DNA from: an uncultured virus (IMG/VR IMGVR_UViG_3300022925_000015)
Taxonomy: Duplodnaviria; Heunggongvirae; Uroviricota; Caudoviricetes
Virus record (IMG/VR): IMGVR_UViG_3300022925_000015
Length of the DNA: 64,000 bases
Reading direction: 5' to 3' (one strand)
The first letter of the stretch is position 1. Each line of letters opens with the position of its first letter. This document shows positions 26,754-36,820 of the stretch, in pieces. The translations under genes and the position numbers were made by a program. The notes below the pieces were generated by a model. The model did no database searches, had not been told where the DNA came from, and saw only the letters and a list, made by a program, of their open reading frames with translations.

Positions 26754-29012
26754 ATGGCATATACAATTAATAAAAGTGATGGAACAGAGTTAGCAGTATT
26801 ACAAGACGCAACTGTAGATACTTCAACAAGTATTACTCTTGTTGGTAAAAATTATATCGGTTACGGTGAAATACAAAATGAAAACTTTTTATTCCTATTA
26901 GAAAACTTTGCAAACAATGCCGCACCTAGAACTCCTATCAAAGGACAAATTTGGTTTGATACAACAACTAATCAAGCAAAAATTTATGACGGTACTAGAT
27001 GGGTAGAAGCAGGCACTGCTGCTGTATCAGATGATGCTCCACTTAATTCACCACTAGGTGCATTATGGTTTAAGACTCCATATAAAACATTACACGTATG
27101 GACAGGAACTGAATGGCAGTTAATTGGTCCGCAAGTTGCAGAAGGCTTTGGAAGAACTGAAGCAGTTTCAGATTCAGTATTTGCAACTAATGACGTTGAA
27201 TATCCTATTATAAAAGTTTTTGTAAATGATTTAATTATTGGAATTATTGCAAGTAACACATTTACTATTAGATCCGATAATCCTATTGTTGGATTTACTA
27301 ATATTAGAGCAGGATATAATATAAACAGCAATAATAATTTTGCAGGCGATTTAATTGGTAATGCAACAACAGCAGATAGATTATCAAATATTAGATTAAT
27401 TAATGGTACAGGGTTTGATGGTAGTTCAGATATTACTATTACGTCAACAACTACTAATGCTCTAGTATCAGGACCTTATATTGTAGGAAGTAACTTTGAC
27501 GGTAGCAATCCTACAACCTGGACAGTTGACGCAACATCATCTAATACTATAGGTAAAATTGTTGTTAGAGATAGTGGCGGAGATTTTGCTGCTGGAACAA
27601 TTACAGCAAACTTAGTTGGTGATGTAACAGGAAATGTAACAGCAGTATCAGGTACTAGTGCATTTGACACAGTAACAGCAAATCAATTTATTGGTGCGCA
27701 ACTTACTGGTAATTCATCTACAACAACAAGATTAGTAACACCACGTGATATAAATGGTGTTGCATTTGATGGTACAGCAGACATTACAGTGCCAGCAGAT
27801 GCATTTACACTTACAGGCACTGCAATTGCAAATAGTGTTGTAAGTAGTAATTTAGAAACAGTAGGAACACTAGTTGATTTAGATGTTGCAAGTAAAATTG
27901 AAATTAATAATAAAATTGCAATTAATGCAACTACAGATCCTATTATTACAGCAACAGCAGAACTTACTTTACAAGTTCAAGATCCAGGCGATAATTTTAG
28001 TTTAAAACTTATTAGTAACGATACAGCAGTTACAGACGGTATGGGTCCTTTAGGTGGACTTGTTCCTATTACTGACTTAGACGGTGACTTAGGTAAGTCT
28101 ACTAGACGTTTCAAAAATGCTTATGCAGAAACATTTACAGGAAATTTAACAGGTACAGCAACTAATGCTACTGCATCTGTAACAGCAGACAACATTGCAG
28201 GTGGCACAGCAGGCGGTATTGTTTATCAAAGTGGTGCAGGCACAACTGTGGTTACAGCAGCAGGTGTACCTGGCCAAACAATTATTTCAAACGGAACAGG
28301 TGCTCCTTATTGGGGTTCACCAAGTTTCCAACCATTAACATTTGGTAACTACTTAGACGGCAATGGCAGAACAGAATATCCAGGTGCATATGCTGTTACA
28401 CTTGATGTTGATGCAGACACTGCAAACACAGCAAACAAAGTTGTTGCAAGAGACGCTAGTGGTAATTTTAGTGCAGGAACAATTACTGCTTCATTAAATG
28501 GTAATGCAAGTACAGCATCAACTGCTGCGGCATTATCAGGCAGCAGAACAATTAATGGCACAGTGTTTGACAACACAGGTAATATTACTATTACAGCAGA
28601 AGATCCTAATTCAGTTGATAGAGCAGGTGACACAATGTCAGGCTTTTTATCACTACACGCTGACCCTACAGCAAACTTACACGCTGCAACAAAACGTTAT
28701 GTTGACAATGTAGCACAAAGTTATACATTTGTTTACAAAGACCAACAGACAGTAGGAAGTTATACAAATCAAGTAGGCAGTTTTAACAACAGTCACAACT
28801 TCTTTGATGTTTATCCGCCTAGCGGAAAGACAATGAGTAACCTTACAGCATTTATTGCAAGTATTGGTAAGATTCATTATGCAGGAGGAGTTGACGGAAA
28901 TGACAGCATACGCTGTGAATGGGATATTAGATCAGATAGAATCCGTGTTTGGGTACAAGGTACTGAGCAACGTGCTAAACCTAAAGGCAACTATTTGGCA
29001 GTTTGGAGTTAA
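26754..29012 (+). CDS. Tail fibre paralogue with internal repeats
   Basis: Same N-terminal module. Three 'R.INGxxFDGxxDITI' and two 'VxRDxxGxFxAGTITA' repeats, plus 'DPTANLHAATKRYVD'. Confidence 0.78.
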   Translation: MAYTINKSDGTELAVLQDATVDTSTSITLVGKNYIGYGEIQNENFLFLLENFANNAAPRTPIKGQIWFDTTTNQAKIYDGTRWVEAGTAAVSDDAPLNSPLGALWFKTPYKTLHVWTGTEWQLIGPQVAEGFGRTEAVSDSVFATNDVEYPIIKVFVNDLIIGIIASNTFTIRSDNPIVGFTNIRAGYNINSNNNFAGDLIGNATTADRLSNIRLINGTGFDGSSDITITSTTTNALVSGPYIVGSNFDGSNPTTWTVDATSSNTIGKIVVRDSGGDFAAGTITANLVGDVTGNVTAVSGTSAFDTVTANQFIGAQLTGNSSTTTRLVTPRDINGVAFDGTADITVPADAFTLTGTAIANSVVSSNLETVGTLVDLDVASKIEINNKIAINATTDPIITATAELTLQVQDPGDNFSLKLISNDTAVTDGMGPLGGLVPITDLDGDLGKSTRRFKNAYAETFTGNLTGTATNATASVTADNIAGGTAGGIVYQSGAGTTVVTAAGVPGQTIISNGTGAPYWGSPSFQPLTFGNYLDGNGRTEYPGAYAVTLDVDADTANTANKVVARDASGNFSAGTITASLNGNASTASTAAALSGSRTINGTVFDNTGNITITAEDPNSVDRAGDTMSGFLSLHADPTANLHAATKRYVDNVAQSYTFVYKDQQTVGSYTNQVGSFNNSHNFFDVYPPSGKTMSNLTAFIASIGKIHYAGGVDGNDSIRCEWDIRSDRIRVWVQGTEQRAKPKGNYLAVWS

Positions 29013-29014
29013 TT

Positions 29015-29377
29015 ATGGCAGGATATGTATGTATAGAAAATAATAACGTAACAGCGTTACTAGATTACGAGCCAAATGCTCCTGCAACAGTACGTGTTGT
29101 TACAATTACAGACGCACAATACGACCAACTACGTGCAGGAACACACGTTTTTAATACTAGTAATGACAGTATTACTCCTGTATCTGCAGAAGCACAAGCA
29201 GAAGAAGCACAAGCAGAAGCAAATGGTTTAGAGCGTGAATTTTTAAATAACACTGATTGGAAGGTATTAAGACACATTAGAGAGCAGCATTTAGGACTGA
29301 CAACTACGCTTACTGCTGAAGAATATACTGCTCTAGAGCAACAGCGCCAAGATGCGTCAGATAGAATAATTGAATAA
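29015..29377 (+). CDS. Putative tail-fibre assembly chaperone
   Basis: ATG at 29015 follows GGAG. Small gene directly after a fibre, with the 'FLNNTDWKVLR...RQDA' motif typical of fibre chaperones. Confidence 0.6.
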   Translation: MAGYVCIENNNVTALLDYEPNAPATVRVVTITDAQYDQLRAGTHVFNTSNDSITPVSAEAQAEEAQAEANGLEREFLNNTDWKVLRHIREQHLGLTTTLTAEEYTALEQQRQDASDRIIE

Positions 29378-29380
29378 ATA
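29375..29380 (+). promoter_or_regulatory. TAAATA late-promoter-like box
   Basis: ATAAATA about 23 nt upstream of the fibre ATG at 29404. Confidence 0.55.
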
Positions 29381-29403
29381 CAGTAGTAAACTAGGAAAAC
29401 AAT

Positions 29404-31185
29404 ATGGCTTATCAAGTAGACAAATTTAATGGACAGTTTTTAACTTCCGTAGAAGACGGTACAATTGACACAACTACAGATTTACGATTTGTAGGTAAAA
29501 ACTATGCTGGCTATGGTGAAGTTCAGAACGAAAACTTCCTACATTTACTTGAAAACTTTGCAAATACTACACAACCACCTAAAGCAATTAAAGGTCAATT
29601 ATGGTTTGATAGTGCTAACGCAAAATTAAAGTTTTACGATGGCGGTAAATGGAAAGCAGCAGGCGGCGCTGAAGTAAGTGCAACTGCACCTTCTGGACTT
29701 GCAACAGGTGATTTTTGGTGGGATTCATCTGCTAAACAGTTATACGCTTGGTCAGGATCGGAATTTATTCTAGTAGGACCTGAAGCATCACCAGACTTAG
29801 GAACAAGTGGTGTTGTAGCACAGGTAGTTAAAGACACAGGTAATACTAACCACAGCATTTTAAGAATTACTGCTGGCGGTAAAGTAATGGCGATTGTATC
29901 GCAAACAGAATTTACACTTAATACTTCTGTAAATCCAATTGATGGATTTACTTTAGTAAAGAAAGGCTTGACACTTGTAAACACTAATTCAACAGGAATT
30001 ACATCAAGCGATCATTATTATTGGGGAACAAGTAGTTCTGCTTTAGGTTTAGTTATTGATGGTTCGTTTATACAAGCATCAGAATTTTTAAGAGGCGACA
30101 ATGTTACTTTTGAAAATTTAATTAGTTTCTTAGATGACGGTATTAAGATTGGTGATCAAAGTGATCTTAAGGTATTCATTGAAAACGAAAACCAGATTAG
30201 AGTTGTATCACAGTTAGGTAACCCAATTAACTTTAGAATTGTTGAAGATGGTTTAACAAATAGAGAAGTAGCAAATATTAACGTTGATGGAATATACCCA
30301 GGTGATGATAATGTATATGACTTAGGTAGAGCATCTAACAAATGGAAAGAAGCATATATTGTTGATACATTCGGTAACTTAACTGGTAATGTAACTGGTA
30401 ACGTTACAGGTAACGTTAATGGTAGCGTAATTAGTACAGACGGAAGTAACGCTATTTTAATTAATGGTGCTACAAAACAAATTGGTTATGCAGGCGCTAA
30501 CATTTTAGGTACACTAGTAGGTAACGTACAAGGTTCACTTACAGGTACTGCTACAAATGCAAGTGCATTAAACAGTATTCAACCTTCTACAAGTATTCCA
30601 GGTGCAGGAACAAGTATTCCTGTAAGAGATGCAAGTGGTGATATTTACGCAAACACTTTCCGTGGTACTGCTGAAAAAGCAGACAGAATTAAAATTGATG
30701 ATAGTGCAACTGATAGTGATCCTAACTACAAAACAGCAAAAACTACTGCAACAGCAAATACAATTACTGCTAGAGATGGTTCAGGAAACATACTTGCAAA
30801 CTTATTCCAAGGAACTGCAACAGCAGCACGTTATGCTGACTTAGCAGAAAAATATTTAACAGATGCAGAATACGAAGTTGGCACTGTAGTAGCAGTAGGC
30901 GGCACAGCCGAAGTTACAAAATGCCAAGAAGGTAATAGAGCATTAGGTGTTATATCTGAAAGCCCCGCTTTTATGATGAATACCATCTTAGAAGGCGGAC
31001 AATTTATTGCACTGAAAGGTAGAGTACCAGTTAAAATTTCAGGCAGCGTTAGCAAAGGCGACAGACTAGTTGCTGCGGCAGACGGCACTGCTAAAGTATC
31101 AGCAGAAGCAAATGCTGACGTATTTGCAATAGCACTTGAAGCATCTACAGATGGTGTTGATTATATTGAAGCGGTGGTTCTTTAA
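29404..31185 (+). CDS. Tail fibre paralogue with C-terminal intramolecular-chaperone (peptidase G2-like) domain
   Basis: Shared N-terminal module and GNVT repeats. C-terminal 'YADLAEKY...GTVV...GVIS..PA..MN...ALKGRVPVK' is typical of autocleaving chaperone domains. Confidence 0.75.
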   Translation: MAYQVDKFNGQFLTSVEDGTIDTTTDLRFVGKNYAGYGEVQNENFLHLLENFANTTQPPKAIKGQLWFDSANAKLKFYDGGKWKAAGGAEVSATAPSGLATGDFWWDSSAKQLYAWSGSEFILVGPEASPDLGTSGVVAQVVKDTGNTNHSILRITAGGKVMAIVSQTEFTLNTSVNPIDGFTLVKKGLTLVNTNSTGITSSDHYYWGTSSSALGLVIDGSFIQASEFLRGDNVTFENLISFLDDGIKIGDQSDLKVFIENENQIRVVSQLGNPINFRIVEDGLTNREVANINVDGIYPGDDNVYDLGRASNKWKEAYIVDTFGNLTGNVTGNVTGNVNGSVISTDGSNAILINGATKQIGYAGANILGTLVGNVQGSLTGTATNASALNSIQPSTSIPGAGTSIPVRDASGDIYANTFRGTAEKADRIKIDDSATDSDPNYKTAKTTATANTITARDGSGNILANLFQGTATAARYADLAEKYLTDAEYEVGTVVAVGGTAEVTKCQEGNRALGVISESPAFMMNTILEGGQFIALKGRVPVKISGSVSKGDRLVAAADGTAKVSAEANADVFAIALEASTDGVDYIEAVVL

Positions 31186-32111
31186 TGCCAGTATCATCCG
31201 GAAACCAAATACTTGCAACTGATTTTAACGATCTAAGTTCTCTAATCACTACTACATTAGGAACTGGTGCAGGCCAATATGGATACGGACAAGCAATTGT
31301 AAGCGGAACTGTTACCGCAGGTCAAAGAATTGAAAAGCAAGAGTTTGATAAGTTAAGATTCGACTTAATGAGTGTGCTTATACATCAGACAGGTGTTTTA
31401 CCTAGTCCAGTATTTGCACAAGTTACTAATCCTATCCTTGCTACAGCATCTGAACCTTTTCAAAGTTATACGAATTTAATACAAGCAGCAAGATCAGATC
31501 GATTTGTTGTTTCGCAAAAGAACCAATCAGTAGTAAGCATTGATACAAAAACTTGTAACACGTGGAGTGGTTTAGCATTTACAGAATTAGAAATGACGTT
31601 TACAACTGCTGATGATGCTAGATTCTTTTGGAACTCAGGTAGCAGAATAAGAATAGATACAAACTTGAGAGCAGGTTATCCTTCAACACAACAAAACAAT
31701 GACTGGAACACAATACTTGATGCTTCAGAAAATATTGAATTTGGTGCAAATGCACAGACTACAGGTCCAGGTGGCGGCGTACCAATTAATGTATATGATT
31801 TAACAAACGCATATCAAACTTTTTATGAGTACACTTCATCAGCACCATATGCTGCAAACAGATACAAATTATCAGCAAAATGTAATCAACCATCAAACTT
31901 AACAGGTGTAGCAAATGTGTTTACACTTAAAATAGAATTAATTGATGATTATACTGATGATCCACAACCAGGACCACTACCAGATGACGAAGTATTTGGA
32001 GTTGAAGTAGAATGTCAACACGTTAAAGTAAGTGGTGTATTACAACCTGATGGTGATCCTTGGATTTTACCTACGCCAACTTTTAATATGTCGAACATTA
32101 CAGCGACTTAA
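31185..32111 (+). CDS. Putative virion structural protein (paralogue of the next gene)
   Basis: 'GYGQ', 'LRFD', 'ARFFWNSGS', 'QNNDW..IL' and 'PY..NRY' are shared with 32132..33175. Confidence 0.6.
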   Translation: MPVSSGNQILATDFNDLSSLITTTLGTGAGQYGYGQAIVSGTVTAGQRIEKQEFDKLRFDLMSVLIHQTGVLPSPVFAQVTNPILATASEPFQSYTNLIQAARSDRFVVSQKNQSVVSIDTKTCNTWSGLAFTELEMTFTTADDARFFWNSGSRIRIDTNLRAGYPSTQQNNDWNTILDASENIEFGANAQTTGPGGGVPINVYDLTNAYQTFYEYTSSAPYAANRYKLSAKCNQPSNLTGVANVFTLKIELIDDYTDDPQPGPLPDDEVFGVEVECQHVKVSGVLQPDGDPWILPTPTFNMSNITAT

Positions 32112-32114
32112 ATA
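32109..32114 (+). promoter_or_regulatory. TAAATA late-promoter-like box
   Basis: Upstream of the GAGG RBS and the ATG at 32132. Confidence 0.5.
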
Positions 32115-32131
32115 GTGTAAGAGGTAAATGA

Positions 32132-33175
32132 ATGCCAGCAACACACGACTTAATAGATCCGGATTATTATAATGATATGCAACTTAAGATACAGCGTGTC
32201 TTGGGTGATGGTATCACTGATGGTTTTGGATATCTTGGTTATGGACAACCTGTCTTAAGTTCGCAAGTAAGCACAAGTAATAAAGTTACTGTAGAACAAT
32301 ACAGCAATCTAAGATATGATATTTGGAATGCCTGGAATCATTTAAACAATGCTCTTCCAAGTGGTTCGAATGAAGTCAATATGCTTGAAGTTACAGAGCG
32401 TAAAAAAATTAGATATCAAGCACCTGCATCAGGCGGCCCTTCAATGCCAGTTGATAAATGGGGTGCATTTGTAAACAGCATTTACTCAAATGCAAGAAAT
32501 TTAGCAGTAGCAGGACAGAGAAGAACTGTTAACCACGGCTCATCATCACTTACTTGGCCAAATGCAACATATGGAGATAACTGGAGCGATTCAGTAATTT
32601 GTAGTGTATTTGTTTTGTTTAGTAGTTTAGATGATTCAAGACATTTCTTTAACAGCGGTAGTAGCATTGATATTACTTCAACACGTACAGGCGGATCAGT
32701 AACAAATCAAAACACAAGTTGGACAAGTATACTGAATAGTGCAGGTACACAAAAATTTAGTGGCAATCATCCTGCCACAGGATCAGGACCTACATTTACA
32801 GGCGGAAACTTTTACAAGTGTACAAGTACTTTTCAACAACCATATGTTGACGTAGTAGGTAGCAGTCCATATAGTCTAAATAGATATAGAATATTTGCAA
32901 GAACACCTAACCAAGCAAACCCACATCTTACAGGCGCAGACACGATTGAGTTCCGTGTTGAATTCATAGATGATCACGAGGAACAAGGTGGTCCACCAGC
33001 AGTAGGTCCATCAAACCCAGGTGATGGCGGTTTTGGTCCTGACGTTGTAGACGGACAAATCACGGTTACTGTACAAACAACTGAAGCAACTGGTACTTTA
33101 CAGCCAGGCGGAGCAGGGTCATTTGATATTGCTACACCTATTGTAAACATTGGTCAAGTTGTAGAAGTTAGTTAA
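32132..33175 (+). CDS. Putative virion structural protein (paralogue of the previous gene)
   Basis: 'GYGQ', 'LRYD', 'SRHFFNSGS', 'QNTSW..IL' and 'PYSLNRY'; preceded by TAAATA and GAGG. Confidence 0.6.
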   Translation: MPATHDLIDPDYYNDMQLKIQRVLGDGITDGFGYLGYGQPVLSSQVSTSNKVTVEQYSNLRYDIWNAWNHLNNALPSGSNEVNMLEVTERKKIRYQAPASGGPSMPVDKWGAFVNSIYSNARNLAVAGQRRTVNHGSSSLTWPNATYGDNWSDSVICSVFVLFSSLDDSRHFFNSGSSIDITSTRTGGSVTNQNTSWTSILNSAGTQKFSGNHPATGSGPTFTGGNFYKCTSTFQQPYVDVVGSSPYSLNRYRIFARTPNQANPHLTGADTIEFRVEFIDDHEEQGGPPAVGPSNPGDGGFGPDVVDGQITVTVQTTEATGTLQPGGAGSFDIATPIVNIGQVVEVS

Positions 33176-33219
33176 AAAATCCACTACCACAAATAGCACT
33201 TAGGCTCTTAATGTACCAA

Positions 33220-33225
33220 TAAATA
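33220..33225 (+). promoter_or_regulatory. TAAATA late-promoter-like box heading the glycan cluster
   Basis: ATAAATA 26 nt upstream of the ATG at 33252, inside the loop of an 8-bp inverted repeat. Confidence 0.55.
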
Positions 33226-33251
33226 TATGCGTACATTATAAAGGAGTTATT

Positions 33252-33599
33252 ATGCAAAATGAATATAAAGATGCTTTAGAATTCTCAAAGTATCGTCAAA
33301 CACTTTCTGTTCAACGCAAAACACTTAAAGAAAAAATTGAAGCCAGACTTACATATGGTAAAAATGGTGGAATCTTTAAGATTGATAGAGATTTGTTAAA
33401 CTTTGTCGAAATGTTAATTTACAAAGACAGATCAGAAAATGTTGTAATTTTAGATGTAAATGAAAATCCAATTTTAGTTGAAAACTTAGTTGAATTTAGA
33501 GATGAAATTTTCGATAGGTATTTTAGTGCAACTTTTGAATATCACGAAGAATATCAAAAAATTAAGAAAAGTAGATCAGTAGAGACATTAGTATCGTGA
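33252..33599 (+). CDS. Hypothetical protein, first gene of the glycan cluster
   Basis: Strong AAGGAG RBS; GTGA overlap with the next gene. Confidence 0.6.
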   Translation: MQNEYKDALEFSKYRQTLSVQRKTLKEKIEARLTYGKNGGIFKIDRDLLNFVEMLIYKDRSENVVILDVNENPILVENLVEFRDEIFDRYFSATFEYHEEYQKIKKSRSVETLVS

Positions 33600-34447
33600 A
33601 AAAAGGTGTAGTAATATTTGCACACAATAACAGGCAGATAGATTACGCAAAAATGGCACTTGCGTCAGGCGGTCTTGCTAAAAAACATCTAGGTGTTCCT
33701 GTTAGTTTAATTACAGATCAGTCAACAGTTGACTGGCTAAAAGAATCTAATCTTTGGGATAAAGCACTACAAACTTTTGAACAGATTATTGATGTAGAAC
33801 GTCCTGCAGATTTACAACAGCGTAAGTTTAAAGACGGCAAAGAAAGTGTTACTGCTCCATTTAAAAATAGTAATAGGTCCAGTGTTTGGGATCTTACTCC
33901 TTATGATAGAACGTTAATGATAGATTGTGATTACTTTATTTTTTCAGATGCACTAAATGAATACTGGGAATGTGAAAGTGATATACTTATTAGTACAAAG
34001 TACAACGATGTGCAAGGAAATAGAATAGGATACCTTGACAAATACATAAGTGATACAGGTGTAAGACTGTTATGGGCGACAACAGTTATGTTTACAAAAA
34101 ATGAAAATACAAAAGTATTTTTTGAACTAGTAAAACATATTAAAGACAATTATAAAAAGTTTGCAGACATTTTTAGATTTGATAACAGAATGTATAGAAA
34201 TGATATTTCGTTTGGTATTGCAAGGCATATACTTTATGGTTTTGAAACTGATAATGATTATGCAATGCCACCTGTGCTTTCAGTGCCGGATATGGATTTA
34301 GTTTATGATGTCAATGAAAACGGAATCCAATTGCTGACATCTAATGCAAATGATTATACACTATGTAATATTAAAGACAGAGATATTCATATAATGAATA
34401 AACAAGCAATAACAAGACACATTGATAAGTTTATGGAGTTAGTATGA
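33596..34447 (+). CDS. GT-A fold glycosyltransferase-like protein (GT8/nucleotide-diphosphosugar transferase-like)
   Basis: 'LTPYDRTLMIDCDY' DxD motif in GT-A context; 'RNDISF' and 'IHIMNK'. Confidence 0.65.
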   Translation: MKKGVVIFAHNNRQIDYAKMALASGGLAKKHLGVPVSLITDQSTVDWLKESNLWDKALQTFEQIIDVERPADLQQRKFKDGKESVTAPFKNSNRSSVWDLTPYDRTLMIDCDYFIFSDALNEYWECESDILISTKYNDVQGNRIGYLDKYISDTGVRLLWATTVMFTKNENTKVFFELVKHIKDNYKKFADIFRFDNRMYRNDISFGIARHILYGFETDNDYAMPPVLSVPDMDLVYDVNENGIQLLTSNANDYTLCNIKDRDIHIMNKQAITRHIDKFMELV

Positions 34448-35289
34448 TAGACTTTGGATATCTAATTATTGTAAATGAAGGTGCAGACACAAACTACACA
34501 CGTCTTGCATATGCACTTGCACTAAGCATAAAAAATACACAAAAAGAAGGTTATGATAAAGTTGCTTTAGTCATTGACGATAAACAACATATAGAAAACT
34601 TTACATCAACTTGGGTATTCGATCACGTAATTGAATATCAAGGTCCAGAAGGTTGGGATAGTAGATCCTATATGGATCAGGTTACACCATTTGAACATAC
34701 TGTATGCTTGGACGCAGATATGTTATTCTTTAGGGACTACAGCCATTGGGCAGAATATTTTATTGCAAACAGTGAATTATATGTAGCAAACAAAGCATAT
34801 ACTTACAGAGGCGAACTTGTTGTAAGCGATCATTATAGAAAATGTTTTACAATGAATAATTTACCTAACCTATATAGTTTTTACACATTCTTTAAAAAGG
34901 ATAGTGTATTAGCAAAAGAGTTTTTTGATTTACAACGTGCTATTATTAAAAATCCTGAAAGATATAGTAATGAATTTTTAATTTCGCACAAACCTAAAGT
35001 TGTAGGAACAGATGAAGCATTTGCTCTTGCAGCAAACATTTTAGATATTGCGGACGACATTGCATATCCTTTAGAGTTTCCCCGTGTTGTTCATATGAAA
35101 GGTATGATACAGAATTGGCCTTATCCTGCAGATACAGTTAGTGATCACGTAGGTTTTTACTTTGATAGAAATGCTAAAGTAAAGATAGGTAACTTTCAAC
35201 AAACAGATATTTTACACTATGTTGAAAAAGATAAAATAACACTAGAAACAATTAACATATTGGAGGAAATAGCGTGGAAGAAAAGATAA
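34444..35289 (+). CDS. GT-A fold glycosyltransferase-like protein, paralogue of the previous gene
   Basis: 'TPFEHTVCLDADMLF' DxD motif; 'TDEAF', 'VHMKG' and 'LHYVEK'. Confidence 0.7.
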   Translation: MIDFGYLIIVNEGADTNYTRLAYALALSIKNTQKEGYDKVALVIDDKQHIENFTSTWVFDHVIEYQGPEGWDSRSYMDQVTPFEHTVCLDADMLFFRDYSHWAEYFIANSELYVANKAYTYRGELVVSDHYRKCFTMNNLPNLYSFYTFFKKDSVLAKEFFDLQRAIIKNPERYSNEFLISHKPKVVGTDEAFALAANILDIADDIAYPLEFPRVVHMKGMIQNWPYPADTVSDHVGFYFDRNAKVKIGNFQQTDILHYVEKDKITLETINILEEIAWKKR

Positions 35290-35918
35290 GAGATATTCCA
35301 GACCTTCCAGACTTTGACGAATGGATTGCAAATTATAAACCGCCTGTAGTAAACTATCTAGCAGCATTTGATCAGGAAACAGGAAAAGTATTATGTGTAG
35401 GTCCTGATTATTCAATTGACAAAGAGCGTTTCAAGAAAACTATTAGCATTGATTCAGATACTGCATTGGCTATCATTGAAGGCGAAATCAAAATGAATAA
35501 ATGTTTCGTAGATGTTCAGTCAGGTAGTTTAGAAATTACAGAAGTACAAAATTTATTTAAAATAGATGATGTACTACATAGAATTGTTAATATTAAATGG
35601 GCTGAAATAGATGAACCTGATGTGATTGTATCACGAAAGGGAGATACATTTACAGTTCAACTATCTGAAAAATATGGCGGAACATATAAACTAAACAGCG
35701 ACACGCCAATAGCAACAAGAAAAATATTCTGGGACGGAGAAACAATTTTAAATTTTGATATATGCGATTACAATGATCCTCATACAAGTTATTATACAGC
35801 AAGTGTAAGACTAGAAGATCTAGTAGGAAAAAGTTTTAATTTTACTTGTGATAGTCCAGATGACGCCAGTGTGTTTACACGCAGGTTATTTAAAAATTAT
35901 GTATTTGAGGAACTATGA
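35274..35918 (+). CDS. Hypothetical protein
   Basis: GTG start after GGAGG; overlaps both neighbours; no motif recognised. Confidence 0.55.
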   Translation: MEEKIRDIPDLPDFDEWIANYKPPVVNYLAAFDQETGKVLCVGPDYSIDKERFKKTISIDSDTALAIIEGEIKMNKCFVDVQSGSLEITEVQNLFKIDDVLHRIVNIKWAEIDEPDVIVSRKGDTFTVQLSEKYGGTYKLNSDTPIATRKIFWDGETILNFDICDYNDPHTSYYTASVRLEDLVGKSFNFTCDSPDDASVFTRRLFKNYVFEEL

Positions 35919-36820
35919 CAAAAGTAGTAGAGTTTGATGTATTCTTTTTAAGTTATGATGAGCCGAATGCTGATCTACACTATGCTGACCTGTGTAACAA
36001 AGTTCCGTGGGCACAGCGCATACACGGAGTTAAAGGATCAGACCACGCACACAAAGCAGCAGCAGAAGCCTCTGAAACAGATTGGGTGCTAACTGTAGAT
36101 GCAGATAATATTGTTGATCCTAAGTTTTTCGATTTAGACTTAGATATGACAGATGAAAAAATACGTGCATACAGTTGGTGCGGCAGAAACAATGTTAACG
36201 GATTGCGTTATGGCAACGGCGGCTTAAAGTTATGGCACCGTCAGCATATTCTTGATATGAAAACACACGAAAACGCAGACAGTGAAAGAGCGCAAGTTGA
36301 CTTTTGTTGGGAAGAAGGTTATAGGAACTTTCCAGTTACTTTTAGTGATACAATTATAAATGAGACACCTTTTATGGCTTGGCGTGCCGGCTTCCGTGAA
36401 GGTGTGAAGATGACATTAGATGGCGGCTTACAAGTTCCGCCTATGGAGATCGAAGAGCGTATATGGTGGCATAACTTACATAGGTTAAGAATATGGAGTA
36501 CAGTTGGTACACACATTGAAAATGGTTTGTGGGCAATCTACGGTGCAAGACTAGGAACGTATCTAACAAATTGTACTGATTGGGATCATATACAAGTAAG
36601 AGATTTTGAATTGCTACGTGAATTGTACAACGAGCAATGTAAGCAATATGAGGACGGATTTGGATTAGAACAAGAAACAAAAAGACTAGGCACAGAGATA
36701 AGACATAACTTAGGACTAGAATGGCCTGATCTTGATCCACAACAAAGTAGATATGTAATGGCACTTTATGAGGAAACTATTAGGTTAGGTACAACTTATT
36801 ATAGTAAAAAGTATGTATGA
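35915..36820 (+). CDS. GT-A fold glycosyltransferase-like protein
   Basis: 'FFLSYDEPNAD', 'GVKG..HAH', 'LTVDADN' (DxD), 'YGNGGLK' and 'AWRAGFRE'. Confidence 0.6.
   Translation: MTKVVEFDVFFLSYDEPNADLHYADLCNKVPWAQRIHGVKGSDHAHKAAAEASETDWVLTVDADNIVDPKFFDLDLDMTDEKIRAYSWCGRNNVNGLRYGNGGLKLWHRQHILDMKTHENADSERAQVDFCWEEGYRNFPVTFSDTIINETPFMAWRAGFREGVKMTLDGGLQVPPMEIEERIWWHNLHRLRIWSTVGTHIENGLWAIYGARLGTYLTNCTDWDHIQVRDFELLRELYNEQCKQYEDGFGLEQETKRLGTEIRHNLGLEWPDLDPQQSRYVMALYEETIRLGTTYYSKKYV

Noticed and set aside
30373..30423. 12-bp-period tandem repeat
   Set aside because: It encodes GN(L/V)T fibre-shaft repeats with synonymous variation, so it is an ordinary coding repeat.
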